A stretch of 64,000 nucleotides of DNA from Zancudomyces culisetae HAW-14-8 (lineage: Eukaryota > Fungi > Kickxellomycota). The DNA lies in the NCBI GenBank assembly GCA_052426225.1, contig JBNJNM010000015.1, forward strand, positions 1,860,001-1,924,000. Direction: 5' to 3'. The position numbers and the translations under genes are program-made. Of the stretch, positions 18,397-30,876 are shown piece by piece. Position 1 is the first letter of the stretch; every line of letters starts with the position of its first letter. The notes below the pieces were generated by a model. It ran no database searches. It was not told the origin of the DNA and was given only the letters and a program-made list of their open reading frames with translations.

Positions 18397-21031
18397 TGTC
18401 GTGAATTTAAATCATCGCAATTTGTATTTTTTCCCAATGGGTTTTTAATTAATTGCAAAGATGGTTAAATTAAATTCACGTAACATCCTTGTAAATCTGA
18501 GAATCACAACGTCATAGATGAGTCATGGGAATCATCTATAAATGATTTACAACATCTTTTCCCAATCAACAAGGGGAAACCCCCTGTTTAATAATAATAT
18601 TATAATTCATAATTCACATGATTAAAACAGTTATAACTTTATAATTTTATTTATTATAGTAGTAGTTCGTTAGACCCAAAAAAATATATAAGGGCAAATA
18701 ATATCAATCTAGTTTTCGGGATGACTTAAGCAAATAAAAATATAAAAATATAATATTCACACGACAGTATTATATATTATATTAATGGTGATCCAGCCAG
18801 GACAGACAAAGCAAGGAACATTACAAGACAGGAACATCAAGAGATTTTTCAGATTCAGATAATGAGATGATTGGAAACACAGTAAGGACAGCAAGACATA
18901 TGGAGCCGCCTGTTTTCAACAACTCCGCAGATCAGAATGCTACACTTTGGATTAAGAGATTTGAGCTGTTTGCACGTAGTGAAAATTGGACACATCTAGA
19001 CATGTTAGAATATATTGAAATTTATTTTGGCCCAAGGGTACTCATATGGAATGAAAGAACAAAGGGCAGAGTTATAACATGGGATGATTATAAAGTCGAA
19101 TTTTTGAAGAAGTACGCAAACAAAGACTCAGTACTGAACTCATGGAGAGCATTACAAAGGTTGAGGCAGTATCCCACGGAAAGTGTTGAAGAGTTCATCT
19201 CACGTCTTGAAAGACTGTTTATCTCAGCAAATGTAACTGACGATACTATAATGTACCAATGTCTCATGACAGCTCTGTCACCGCAGTATCAAAAGGAGAT
19301 CCTAATAGGGAGAGTTGATAACTACGACGAAGCTGTGCAAACAGCAGTAGAGTTTGAAGAACTCCAGAAATTCATACAGGACAATGTTTATTCAGCTAGT
19401 CATCAAAAGTATAAAAAACAACATGAAACAAGACAAGGAGTGCGAACTTCAATGCGCACAGAAAATAATGCAAGTATCTATATTGACAAACCAAAAAGTA
19501 AACCAGATTACATGCAACCAGCTATAAGCGAAGTAAAGGGCAGCAGTGCAGGCATAAGTACATACAATAAGTATGCAAGACCGACATGTTACACGTGTAA
19601 CGAGGTGGGACACATAAGTCCACAGTGCCCAAATAAAAATATAAATTCAGGTTATGCCAAGAATAATAACAGTATGAAAGATGTTAATGTTGTTGAGTTA
19701 TTCCAGTTCACACAAAACCCGGACATGGACGAAATAGACAAACGTTGGCATGAACTAAGTATAATCGAAAAACGTAAACTATTGGATAATAAATTAAGTA
19801 TGAGCCAGAAGAGAAGTAAAATTGAAGAAGTAAATACTAATGATCAAGAAAATTTTAATATAGTTTTTAAAAATAAAGCAACAGATAATGAGTTGCAGCA
19901 AGATAATATAAAAATAATAAATAAAGTAAACAAAACACCAGCAGAGAAACCAGAATACTCTGTGAGGCAAGATATTGGATCAGTGAAAGCCAGCATCACT
20001 TTGGACCAGCTTATCAAAGTGTCACCTACAGTCAGAGCAGAGTTGAAGGAAGTTTGTGAAGGAGACAGTCAGGCCATTAAACAGTCAAGAGAATTGGGAA
20101 CCCTCACCCAACATCCTAGTACAAATTGCAGATCAAAGGTCTCTATTTTAAATCAAGAATGTGATGTAGTGATCGACACAGGAGCAGCATGTAGTGTGAT
20201 TAACGTCGCATTGGCCACAAAACTCAGATTAACTACGGATACTAAGATTCAAGAAGTAATAATGACAGCAGATGGAGGCCTTCACAAGACAACCGGAAAA
20301 GCCTGGAACGTTCCCGTAACCATACAAAACTGCGTTTTTCCTGCAGATCTACTAATCATGGCTAGTAACAAGAAGACTTTTGTCTTAGGGGTAGATTGGC
20401 TTAAAAAGCATAACGCAGTAATTGACATCAACAAAAGCAAAGTGATGATACCATACCAAAACGCCATCATATCGTTGGGAATATCGACGGTTGTCGATGA
20501 AGAGGAAGAAGTTGTGGGTTGGGCAAGAGAAGTGTCTCTTGTAGAAAAAAAGATTAAGTTAGATGAAGACATTGAGCAGTTAATGATGGACTATAAAAAT
20601 ATCTTTGCTTCAAGTTTGGAAGAGTTGACTAGTACAGACTTAGTAGAACACACTATTGACACTGGGGACCACAAACCCATTCGTTTGAGACCATATAGAG
20701 TTCCTCAGTCCATGCAAAGTAAAGTTAGAGATGAATTAGCAACCATGCTAAGAAAAGGTGTTATTGAGAGGTGCCATTCAGATTGGTGCGCTCCAGTAGT
20801 GACCATAGTTAAGAAAAATGGTAAACTTCGAGTTTGCTCAGATTATCGCCAATTGAATGCGATAACTAGAAGGGACAACTATCGCTTACCTAATATAGCA
20901 GACATCTTCAATGCTTTAGCTGGAGCTCTATACTTTACTACGCTAGACGCCCTCAGCGGGTTCTGGCAAGTAAAGATTCGAGAGGAGGACTTAAGCAAAT
21001 AAAAATAAAAAACTATAATATTCACACGACA
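18397..21031 (+). mobile_element. Gypsy element with a deletion from RT into the 3' LTR
   Basis: LTR 18397-18766 (TGTCGTG..CACGACA) and PBS 18786-18802. The last ~44 bp of the LTR recur at 20988-21031, fused to RT. Confidence 0.8.
18867..21002 (+). CDS. Single-ORF gag-protease-partial RT (truncated)
   Basis: 711 aa with CYTCNEVGHISPQC, VIDTGA, LRVCSDYRQLN, LDALSGFWQV. The stop codon comes from LTR sequence. Confidence 0.88.
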   Translation: MIGNTVRTARHMEPPVFNNSADQNATLWIKRFELFARSENWTHLDMLEYIEIYFGPRVLIWNERTKGRVITWDDYKVEFLKKYANKDSVLNSWRALQRLRQYPTESVEEFISRLERLFISANVTDDTIMYQCLMTALSPQYQKEILIGRVDNYDEAVQTAVEFEELQKFIQDNVYSASHQKYKKQHETRQGVRTSMRTENNASIYIDKPKSKPDYMQPAISEVKGSSAGISTYNKYARPTCYTCNEVGHISPQCPNKNINSGYAKNNNSMKDVNVVELFQFTQNPDMDEIDKRWHELSIIEKRKLLDNKLSMSQKRSKIEEVNTNDQENFNIVFKNKATDNELQQDNIKIINKVNKTPAEKPEYSVRQDIGSVKASITLDQLIKVSPTVRAELKEVCEGDSQAIKQSRELGTLTQHPSTNCRSKVSILNQECDVVIDTGAACSVINVALATKLRLTTDTKIQEVIMTADGGLHKTTGKAWNVPVTIQNCVFPADLLIMASNKKTFVLGVDWLKKHNAVIDINKSKVMIPYQNAIISLGISTVVDEEEEVVGWAREVSLVEKKIKLDEDIEQLMMDYKNIFASSLEELTSTDLVEHTIDTGDHKPIRLRPYRVPQSMQSKVRDELATMLRKGVIERCHSDWCAPVVTIVKKNGKLRVCSDYRQLNAITRRDNYRLPNIADIFNALAGALYFTTLDALSGFWQVKIREEDLSK

Positions 21032-21034
21032 GTT

Positions 21035-22341
21035 TGTCGTAGGACCTGAAATTGGAGTATTCATATACTATTTTTATTACATATTATTTATTGGTTAACA
21101 ATATGAGTTTTGCACCCAATGGGTTTTTCTCATGGTAGGCAAATATAAAAATACAAAAAATTTTGGAAATATCAAAAAGTATAAGAAAATATAGTTAATT
21201 AAAAATATATATTGGATTTAATGTTTTTATAATTAGAATTTTGAAAAAGATATATAAGAAATAAACAATTAATAATTAATTTAAGATTCGAAGAGTAATA
21301 TATTAAGTGGTAACATTTCGGTTAAAATCAACCAATACTTAAAATAACACCCGACATGTTTTGATAACTTCTTTCTCTTTTCGAACTTTAAGTTAATATT
21401 TAAATTGATTTTTTATAATTATTAGTTTAGTTTAATTATCTACTTGTTTTATTCGAACTAAAAAAAACTATTATGTTGCTTCTTTATATAACTGTATATC
21501 ATGTAAAAATAGTAATATTAATATTAATATTATAATAATATATGTATTCCAAAAACGATATATTTCTTCCTTTAAAGCTAATTCCTATATAAACTATTTT
21601 TTCAACTATTATGTTAGCTCATTTTTCTTGTTATCTATTTTTACTTGGTACATTAAAAATACCCAATGCACAGGGAAAAAAGAGTATAATTTTTCCAATA
21701 ATTAATTTTGTTAGTTCTCAAATTATCTTAGACAATTTGAATAAATATAAAATATATACTTTTATACGACAGAACCCCCTTCCCAAATTGGACGAAATGT
21801 GTTTTTAAAACGGTGAAGCTTTGAACACAACTGTGAGGACACTTCAGGAACCATTGGGTGCTGTGGTGGTATTTTTTTAGTGAATCGCCATTCACAATGT
21901 CGCGATTTCCCTCGGAATCGGTAATCAGGTAAGCTCCTAAATTTAACTTTTTTAGAATGCGGTATGGCCCTTCTCATACTTCTTGAAACTTATCGGTAGC
22001 ATGTTCGACTAGCTTCATGACCATTTGGTCAATTTCGAATTTCACAAATTTTACTTTTTTATCGTATGCTGTCTTCATGTTTTGTTTAACTTTAACACTA
22101 TTTTGGTATCCTATTTCACGTAACTCAGGTATGTTAGTATTTATAGATTCGATTCTTTTCTGATTGCAAGTTCAAATCACTAATTTCGGCCGGCGGTGAC
22201 CACAATGCAGGTGTAGTCAACTTTACACCATATAGTAACTCGGCAGGACTATAACCAGTACTTCTATTTCTCATGGTTCGTATAGCGAGTAATGTTTTCC
22301 ACAGGTAAGCGTCCCAGTTTTTCTTATCTTTTTTGCACTGC
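21035..22341 (-). mobile_element. 3' end of a Gypsy element: integrase remnant, PPT and 737-bp LTR
   Basis: LTR 21035-21771 (TGTCGTA..TACGACA). PPT GGGAAGGGGG at ~21774-21784. Integrase C-terminus (WDAYLWKTLLAIRT..TGYSPAELLYG, EGPYRI). Confidence 0.75.
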
Positions 22342-22752
22342 TGTCAAGATCTGGAGTCTGGAAAGTTATATTTATTATTATTATTGTTTATTGTATGAAT
22401 GTATACAAGATACTAAATACTGAATCCAAGACAGGAAAATTGTACCCTTTTTATACTTTTTTCCAGCCTTGGTTTTTGAACAAAATCACTAGAAAACTGC
22501 GGAATAGCTAAATATGCAAGCTAAAGTATTACGTGTTTGATTTCTAATCCAATTTGATTAGTAATCAAACAAAAAACAAATATGAATGCTAATAAAATTA
22601 AACATGTGAAAATAATTACGTAAGAAAAATTAATAAATAATGTGAATTTTCGGTAATGTTCTAGAATGTTGGGGAACATTCTAAACATTACTGCGGAATA
22701 AAATCAGATGATTCTAGAACGTTTTCGAACATTCTAGAATCAGTTCATGACA
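22342..22752 (-). repeat. Solo LTR, family B
   Basis: Closely similar to 6400-6811. No matching TSD. Confidence 0.93.
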
Positions 22753-24965
22753 ATGAAAATGAAGTATACATAACTGAGAAAAGAAAATACAACGATGATG
22801 CTGAGTTCATAAGTGATAGTACAAACAACATCCGAAAGAGACCCACCCATCACAACGAATCAGGATACAGTAAAGAGCAACCGCGGCCACATCAGATGAA
22901 CCAAATCTAAAAACTCAAGATTATAATATCACAGAAAGGTTTTCACCAACAAAAGTCGTATACAAGGATTATAATAATTACATCAAACCTTATTCAATAA
23001 TTGAAGATCTATCAAAAGTAAAGGAATCATTAAGCACACCACTTCTTATAAACATTGCTCCGATAGTGAAGTCACAACTGGCTACTATACATAATAGGAA
23101 AACAATTGATAAAAATTTAGGAACTATTCTTAACCATAAAACAACAAACTGCAAGACCAATGTTAACTTATTAGGATGTTCAATTACCACAATTATTGAC
23201 ACGGGAGCTGCTTGTTCGGTCTTAAATGCTAAAATTGCTCAAAAGTTAGGAACTAAACCTGATATAAACACCAATGAGTGTATTATAACGGCAGGTGGTG
23301 GCAGACACAAGCCATTAGGAAAGGTTGGAGACTTACCGATTAATCTAGCTAATGTTGTTTTCGGAACAGAAGTACTGGTTATGAATCTTCCTAATAAGTA
23401 CTTATATTAGGGATGGACTGGTTATCTAGATATAACGCTCAACTAGATTTAACAGCTAAAAATATAACTATAACAAAAAATAACAACCGGATAATCCTAC
23501 CGTTACACATGAACGAATCTACTACAGAAAGAAAACAAAACGATGGAATCGCAGATTTAGAACTGTTTGGAATAGGTAAAGAATCGAAAGTTATTTGCGA
23601 AATGACAAATATGTCAGATGCAATATTGGAGGAGGTTATAAAAAAATATGCAGACCAGCTAGTAAATGAATAAACAAAACTTACCGTAACGAATGTCTTA
23701 GAGCATGGAATTGATACTGGTAGGCCGAGCCAATTAAAATAAGACCATACAGAATTCCTAATGCAATGAAAGTGTTAGTTAGAATTGAACTCAAACTTTG
23801 AAGAAAAAGAACATTATATAGCCTTGCTATTCTGACTGGAGTGCTCCTGTTGTAACAGTATGGCAAAAGAACGGATCTTTGCGTATCTGTTCTGATTATA
23901 GGAAACTCAATGCAGTCACAAAAAAAGACAACTATCCGATACCAAATATTAAAGACATAATCGAAGCACTTACGGGATCAGCTGTATTCAGCACCCTTGA
24001 CGCGTTGTCAGGGTTCTGGCAAGTCAAGCTGAAGGAAACTGATAAACACAAAACGGCGTTCACAATACCTGGAGAAGGGTTATACTGCTACAATGTGATG
24101 CCCTTTGGGCTATGTAACAGCCCACCTACTTTCCAAAGACTTATGGAAAGAGTACTTCATTCAGTATTGTGGAAGTCCGCCGTGGTATTATTTGATGACA
24201 TCGTGGTATTTTCTAAAAATATGGTACAGCATGTTAAGGATTTAAAAGAGGTGTTTAGTTTACTCAAGAATCATAAAATTAAATTAATCACGGGAAAGTG
24301 CAACTTTGGTCAGACCCGTTTGAATTATTTAGGAACATTATGTCGTCTAGAGGGATAGAGACTGACCCTAAAAAAGATAGCAATTGAAAAGATTCTTACT
24401 CCCAAAAGTATTAAAGAATTCAATGCTTCCTTGGCACTACAAATTACTATAGGTAATTTAGCTAAGGTTACGGGATAATTGCAGGCCCATGAAATAGATA
24501 TTAAATATAAATAACGTTTGGATATTGATTAATACTGATATGCATAATAATAACCTAAAAGATAAGTTAACTACGGGACCCGTGTTAACACACCCAATTT
24601 GGGTTATCCATTTTTTGTAACCATCGACGTGTCACTTCAGGGTATTGGTGGAATCCTCAGTCAAATACAGAATGGTCGAGAACACCCAATGGCATTTGTG
24701 AGTAGTTCGTCGAAAAAGGCTAAAATAACCATTCAATAACTCACCTTGAAGGGTTAGCAATAATCTACTCGGTTAACCAATTTCGTAACTATACTTGGGG
24801 AAGAAGATTCAAATCGTAACGGATCACACAGCTTTGGTTAGGCTAAATGATTCTAAAGAAGCTTCAGGCAGGTTGGCCAGATGGGCTATCGTATTAAGAG
24901 TGTAAGATTATACGCAAGTGAATGGAAAAGGTAAGCATTACCCGGCTGACCTCATATCAAGATGC
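22753..24965 (+). pseudogene. Decayed Gypsy gag end, protease, RT and RNase H
   Basis: IIDTGAACS, RICSDYRKLN, VLFDD, HSITHLEGLA; several stops and frameshifts. Confidence 0.85.
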
Positions 24966-25456
24966 ATCTCTAATAACCCAAATTTTATTCGAACTGTATT
25001 TGAATCGATTATTAACGGTTAACACATTTCGGATAAGATTAATTAAAAGATTTTATGGAAGGAAACGTTGATGACGATAATACGAAAGCTATAATATTAA
25101 TAATTTCTACGTTATAAAAATTAACAATAGTTAGCTAATACACATATTGAGAAATGAATGAACTTTTCAAATATATATATAAAATAATGCAATTAATTAC
25201 GAACAAATTTTTCAATTTATACTAACATTCTTAATTTATTGTCAAACCGAAGTATTACACAAATTTTCAATAATTTGTAATTTAATTTCATAACGAAAAT
25301 CACCTAAGAATTCAAATACCAGAATATATTAAAAGTGAAATAATATTCGCAAAAATTGATTTTTCAGCAAACATGTATTATTCCGTGATATTTTCAAAGT
25401 TCAAATATTCTTAAACGTGGAAAAATTAATAAATCAATATTGCCTTGCATCCTATC

Positions 25457-25572
25457 TGTTAGAAGTTAACTATGTACTGTATGAAATAACAAAATGTTTT
25501 TTTATATTATAATAACATTGTAATCTAACTAGGAAACATAGATTCTCAACTATAATAAATTAGTTTCCTGAC
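25457..25572 (+). repeat. Diverged family-A-like solo LTR
   Basis: Ends ATAAATTAGTTTCCTGACA like the family A LTR and starts TGTTAGAA. Confidence 0.6.
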
Positions 25573-25690
25573 ACTGAAATATGAAATTTTTAAATCTAAA
25601 ATGTCAAACTCTTTAATATATAATGAAGTAAGAAAATATTTAACCTTCGATAATCAAGGTCTTGCAACCACGGTTTTAATCATAAAATAC

Positions 25691-26090
25691 TGTCATGAAC
25701 TGATTCTAGAATGTTCGAAAACGTTCTAGAATCATCTGATTTACATCCGCAGTAATGTTTAGAATGTTCCCCAACATTCTAGAACATTACCGTAAATTCT
25801 CATTGACTATTAATATATATTTCTTAAAAATTTATACATTATATATTTTATTAACATCTATTTTGAATTTTGTTTGATGACTAAATCACTTAGATTAGTT
25901 ATCAAACATGATTTACTTTAGCTTGCAGTTTTACTTATTCCGCAGTTTTCATAGTGATTTTGCTCAAAAACCAAGGCATGAAAAAAAGTATACAAAGGGT
26001 ACAATTTTCCTGTTTTGGATTCAGTATCTAGTATCTTGTATACATTTATACAATAAACTTAATAATATTATATACTTTCTAATCCAGATC
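25691..26090 (+). repeat. Family-B-related LTR, inverted and missing its terminal bases
   Basis: Reverse complement of 6400-6811 with a diverged middle. Confidence 0.88.
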
Positions 26091-26918
26091 AAGAATTTTC
26101 TTGTCTATAAAGTAATTAACCCGACAAGATTTGTTAAATTAACCTTATTAAAAAATATTCAATCTTCATTTTATATTTCTACAACCAATATATAACTTAT
26201 CAAAAGAATAATAACATATAAAACATGTTGATAATATTCACAAGTCATATTTACATTATTCATATAGAATTTAATTAAATTTTGTCAATTATAAATCTAT
26301 TGTCGGAAATATCCATTTTATCCGACCAAATTTACATGTACATAAAAAATATTAAATTATATATATTATATTATAGTCATACGGAACAAAATATTATGAA
26401 GAATTTATTTATTCTATAAAATCAGGATAAATAATTAAGTATAGAATATGACATATTCGACTTACTACATTATTAGTATTTAAATATAAGATTGATATTT
26501 GCATTATGATGTCTACAAACAAACTAAGAATTATCTTAAATAATCACTAAATTATACAAATTTTATATTATAATTTTTAATTATAAACGCAGTATAGATA
26601 ATAAAGGATATGTCTAGTAGACTGAAAAGTAGATCATATGTAAAATGTTGTTATTAATAAAATTTCTTGAGTAATACAAAATTCTCTTCATTCTATTTCT
26701 TAATATAATGCCAGTATATTTCAACATTAATCATGACATTCGAAATTAAATTACGAAAATTATTTAATTACTATTTGAGAGCAAATTTCTCAAATAGAAC
26801 TTATTGAAAAAAAATATTATGTAAATTAAGCAATAGATAGGTATTATGAAAACATCTAATAACACGACATTTGCTGCGCCATTTTCAAGTTATACATTCA
26901 ATTTATAATTTAGTAACC

Positions 26919-27040
26919 TGTCACAGAACGCGTTTTATTGGTTAAACAGGTTGTAATTCTTAAGGAATTAATGCTAGTCAAAAGCTATTAATTAAAACCT
27001 AATTAAATATTAAAACAAATGTTATGGAATGTTAGATGTC
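26919..27040 (-). repeat. LTR fragment of the 140-bp LTR family
   Basis: TGTCACAGAACG..TTTATTG..TAAACA.GTTGTAATTCT matches 31940 onward. Confidence 0.6.
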
Positions 27041-28049
27041 ACCAGATTAACCATACCAGCTCCCCGTCTCAATGAACAAATATCCAGTTTTTTATGTTTC
27101 GCTAAAGGATAAATATTCATCTCCAGTGATTTGTGATCAACAAGCCACTACGGAACCTAAATATTATCAACTACAAACTAGAGTATGAAATTAAGGAAAT
27201 ACTCGATTCAAAAATTAACAGAAATAAACTTAGTTTTTTGATACATAGGAAGGGATACAATATTAATGAACGAACTTGGAACCAAAAGCAAATTTATCTG
27301 CAAACCAACACATAAAGACTTCCATACTCAATTTCCATCAAAGCCAAAATAACTATCAAATCGTAAAAAAAAATATATATATAAAATTTAATATAATAAA
27401 TCAAAATAACAAACAACAACAAACACCATAGTCAATATAAAATATTACAAATTAAAAAAATTATTTCAATTTTCTCATAATAATATTTATATGCCAACTT
27501 TCCCTAACGAAATTAGTAAATAAAATCGAGAATACTCGCTTATATATTAACCGAGTTAACTGAAAGATCGTATGGGAGAAGATGAATCAGCTGGTGAGAA
27601 TGTGGGGCTATAGGCGGCCAATGTGCGCAAGCGAAAGCGAGCACCGGGGCCTCCCACATCTTCTTAATTTCCTTTAGGATGCCGGTACTGATTCGCGGAT
27701 CACCGAATGGTGTGGCACTCAACGTTAGTTATGTTTTAAAAATATTAAGTCGAATATCCCAAAATTCGATATCATATTTTAATATATTACTATTATTAAA
27801 AAAATAAACCAATCAAACAAAAAAATATAATTAATATAATTATTTTAAAAAAACTCAAATTTACCATTAGTATAAAAGTATACTTTAATACCTTTTTGGA
27901 GAGGGATAATGTAACAATAAATAATGTTACATCTTATTACCCATAATTATATTATACAATTATTCTTCTACATAATCATTTGAGTTATGCTTTGTTGTAA
28001 TTACCTAAGTATTACAACCTGTTTAACCAACAAAAGTCGTTAGGTGACA
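27040..28049 (+). mobile_element. 3' end of a short-LTR chromovirus related to family A
   Basis: Chromodomain remnant (YEIKEILDSK..KGYNINERTW, 27133-27315), long 3' UTR, PPT GGAGAGGGATAA, 140-bp LTR 27910-28049. Confidence 0.8.
27567..27728 (+). ncRNA. Unassigned structured RNA module (homologue of 16199-16365)
   Basis: Shared GGCCAATGTGCGC, AG(C/T)ACCGG, TGTGG and ACGTTAG. Stems GAATCAG/CTGATTC and ATGTGGG/CCCACAT; GC-GAAA-GC hairpin. Confidence 0.6.
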
Positions 28050-30876
28050 CATTTGTGATAACTCCTTCCGTGTGGTGATTCTTGCCATCAGCAGTGATTA
28101 TTACTTGACTGATTTAATTATCCGATTCTAAACCGATTTCTTTTACTGCAATCGAGTGATTACCGAGCAGGCTGCTCCGATATCGACAAGAGTATTCCAG
28201 TTCGTTTTAAATATCTCAACTACGATGTTACATCTTGTTTCTGCTTTCTCTTGAATTCTGATTTCGTTTAGTGTAGTATAAGCAGACTTATTGTCTATGT
28301 CCATCCACTCGACTGCAATATGTTTCGAGCTATCCAACAGCTGGATCAAGCTTATCTTCGGAAAATACTTTTTCAATCTTTCCCGCAAACTAAACTGCTT
28401 TCCCGCGACTCTATCTTTTACCGTTCCGGTAACCGCCGCGAATTTTTTGCTTTGGTATCAGTTTGGTTAAGTGTAGTGGATACTCCTTTGATCCTAGCTG
28501 CGTTTTTTACTTTAGCTGGCCTGCCCACTCTGGTTTCGGTGTCGGGGTTTTTTCTTTTTTCTACCATCAAAACTTCTTCTGTGATAACCTCACTATCTTT
28601 TACTGCTTCTTCAGGTACTATCGATATAAGGTTAACGCCTTTATTGGTGTCTATTCCTTTATCGATATTGCCGGTTTCTTAGGATCTGTTAGGACATTTA
28701 AACTTTCTATGTTCTTTTTCATGACACTGCTAACACTCAATGTTTTGTATTCTTTTGTCGGACGTGACCGGGTAGGTCACGTTCTTTGGTCGGGTTTCTG
28801 ATAGTCAGAAACTCCTGCTTAACTATCTCCCCTAGCTCATGGAAGGGATCCTGTGACTGTTCCGGTTCTATATCCATATTGGATACTTCTGAACGGTCAC
28901 TGTCGGAAGAATAGCGTCCCTCATCCTTGAACTGTTGGATGATGGCTGAACGGAGTTGCTGCATCAGACCTGACATTGAGTTTTTAGTAACGTTATAAAT
29001 GATATATTCTTCTAGTTAATTAGCCTCAGCACTATTAAACTCTATAAATAAACAACCTTGTTTAAACGAGTACTTTGTTGTTCAACTGTTTTCTTTATTT
29101 CCTTATTTTTAACTTGTTTCTTAAAACTACTAAAAGAGCTAAGGAATCCTCATTGAGTCTTCCTTCGCTTATAATATATACTATTTCGTTTAACCTAATA
29201 AAATCTAATTCAAATAACCTATGTTTCTACGTAATATACTGAGTTCATCGTGTGGTTTCGTTTTTTCATCGTTTTCGTATTCTTATTGTTCATATATTTG
29301 AATGTTGATTTCCTATAATCTTTTTTTAATTGTAATTTTCGTTTTCTAATTTTTCTTTGATTATTAAATTTTTTTTCAATTGACTAAATAGTATTGTTGT
29401 ATTATTGATCAACTTTAAATTACTTTAGTTGATTATTATGTGGTAAATAAATGTTAATAAAATATTTCGAGTGAGGTAAAAATATGCGACACTTTCTACT
29501 TTATTAAAATTAAATAATCTTTTGCTAGTATCATTAGCTTTATCCATGCGCTCGATTAACGATACACTGAGTTGTTGAAACGTCTTCACGAACTCACTAA
29601 ATTGAGAGTTGTCTACTATCGCTTCCTTTACGGTCTTATTAGCTCTTATGGTGGTACTTCTGGGATTGCTTTTGTCCACTTTGTCTCCATCACTCTGATC
29701 CTTACGAACTGGTTTTCCCTGTTCCAGTTTTGCAACCATCTGAATTATTTGCTTTCGGTCTAATCCCTCGATTTCCTCTAGTTTAGCCCTGGTATCCGCC
29801 GGCAGTGTACTAACCAGAGACCCCTTTTTTGTCTCCTCTTACTTAATACCCGCCTGTTCCCATAAGACTTCAAGCTCTATCTCTAGCTCCTCAATGCTAT
29901 AAACTCTGATCTTTTTATCGTACGGAGCTTTTCCCAAGCTCCATTCATAGTTCCTGAGGTACTGTACTTTGCCTTGAACTCTTTGGCAAACGTTTCCCAA
30001 TCTGTGAAACTTGACTTGTTTCGCTTGTACCAAATTATCACCGTTCTGCCTAACCATAGCTTGACTAGTCCGACTCAATCGCCTGGTTCCCACTTGTTAA
30101 TCTTTGCGATTAACTCAAATCCTCCACCCAGTCTTCAGCGCTAATACCCTTATTGTGTTCAAATAGTTTGATTTTATCTATCTCAAATATTTAGTCCAGG
30201 CTGGATCAACATGTCATATAAATAATACCAACTTCTTTAATATATTAATATAATATAACCATGTTCACCAAAGATTTACTAAATATTTGTGTGTAAGTAA
30301 GGGAATAACTTGGATAATATATATTTATTAATACACTGGAATTAACTAAAAAAACGAAACGAAACTAGACTCGTTGTAAAACTTTCGTTCCATCATGTTA
30401 ATCGCATAGATACTTAATTTTCATGTTGGGACGATAATGTTAAAAATATACTAAATATCAAACATAACTAAAACTTTAATTTAAACATTTATATTATTAA
30501 TATTGGTCGGTAAATGTTATTTTATAATTTTAAATTATATTAATGTGGATCTAAATAAATTTTAGTAAAAATAACATGGTTTACAAGTGTTTTACTTATA
30601 TAACATTAGGTATTATTTAGTAATTGTATTATTATTTAAAAAAATTATTATTCTGATTAAATAAAGTTTATGAAAAACAATCTATAAATACTTTATCATT
30701 AATCATATTCTAACTAACTAGATAAATAATTTGCTAATAATGTAATAATATAATAAAAATAAACCTATAACTAAATGATAATACTCTCCGGACTGCTAGA
30801 GTATTCGAAGAGAGCAATCATAATTGTAATTAAAACTAGAATTCTAAATTCCATAAAAAATATCCACTATATGACA
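28050..30876 (-). mobile_element. Decayed Gypsy 5' region(s): candidate LTR, PBS, gag and protease fragments
   Basis: PBS-like 30195-30211, candidate LTR 30212-30876, gag fragments 29425-30180, protease LVDIGAACS at ~28170. May be composite. Confidence 0.6.
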
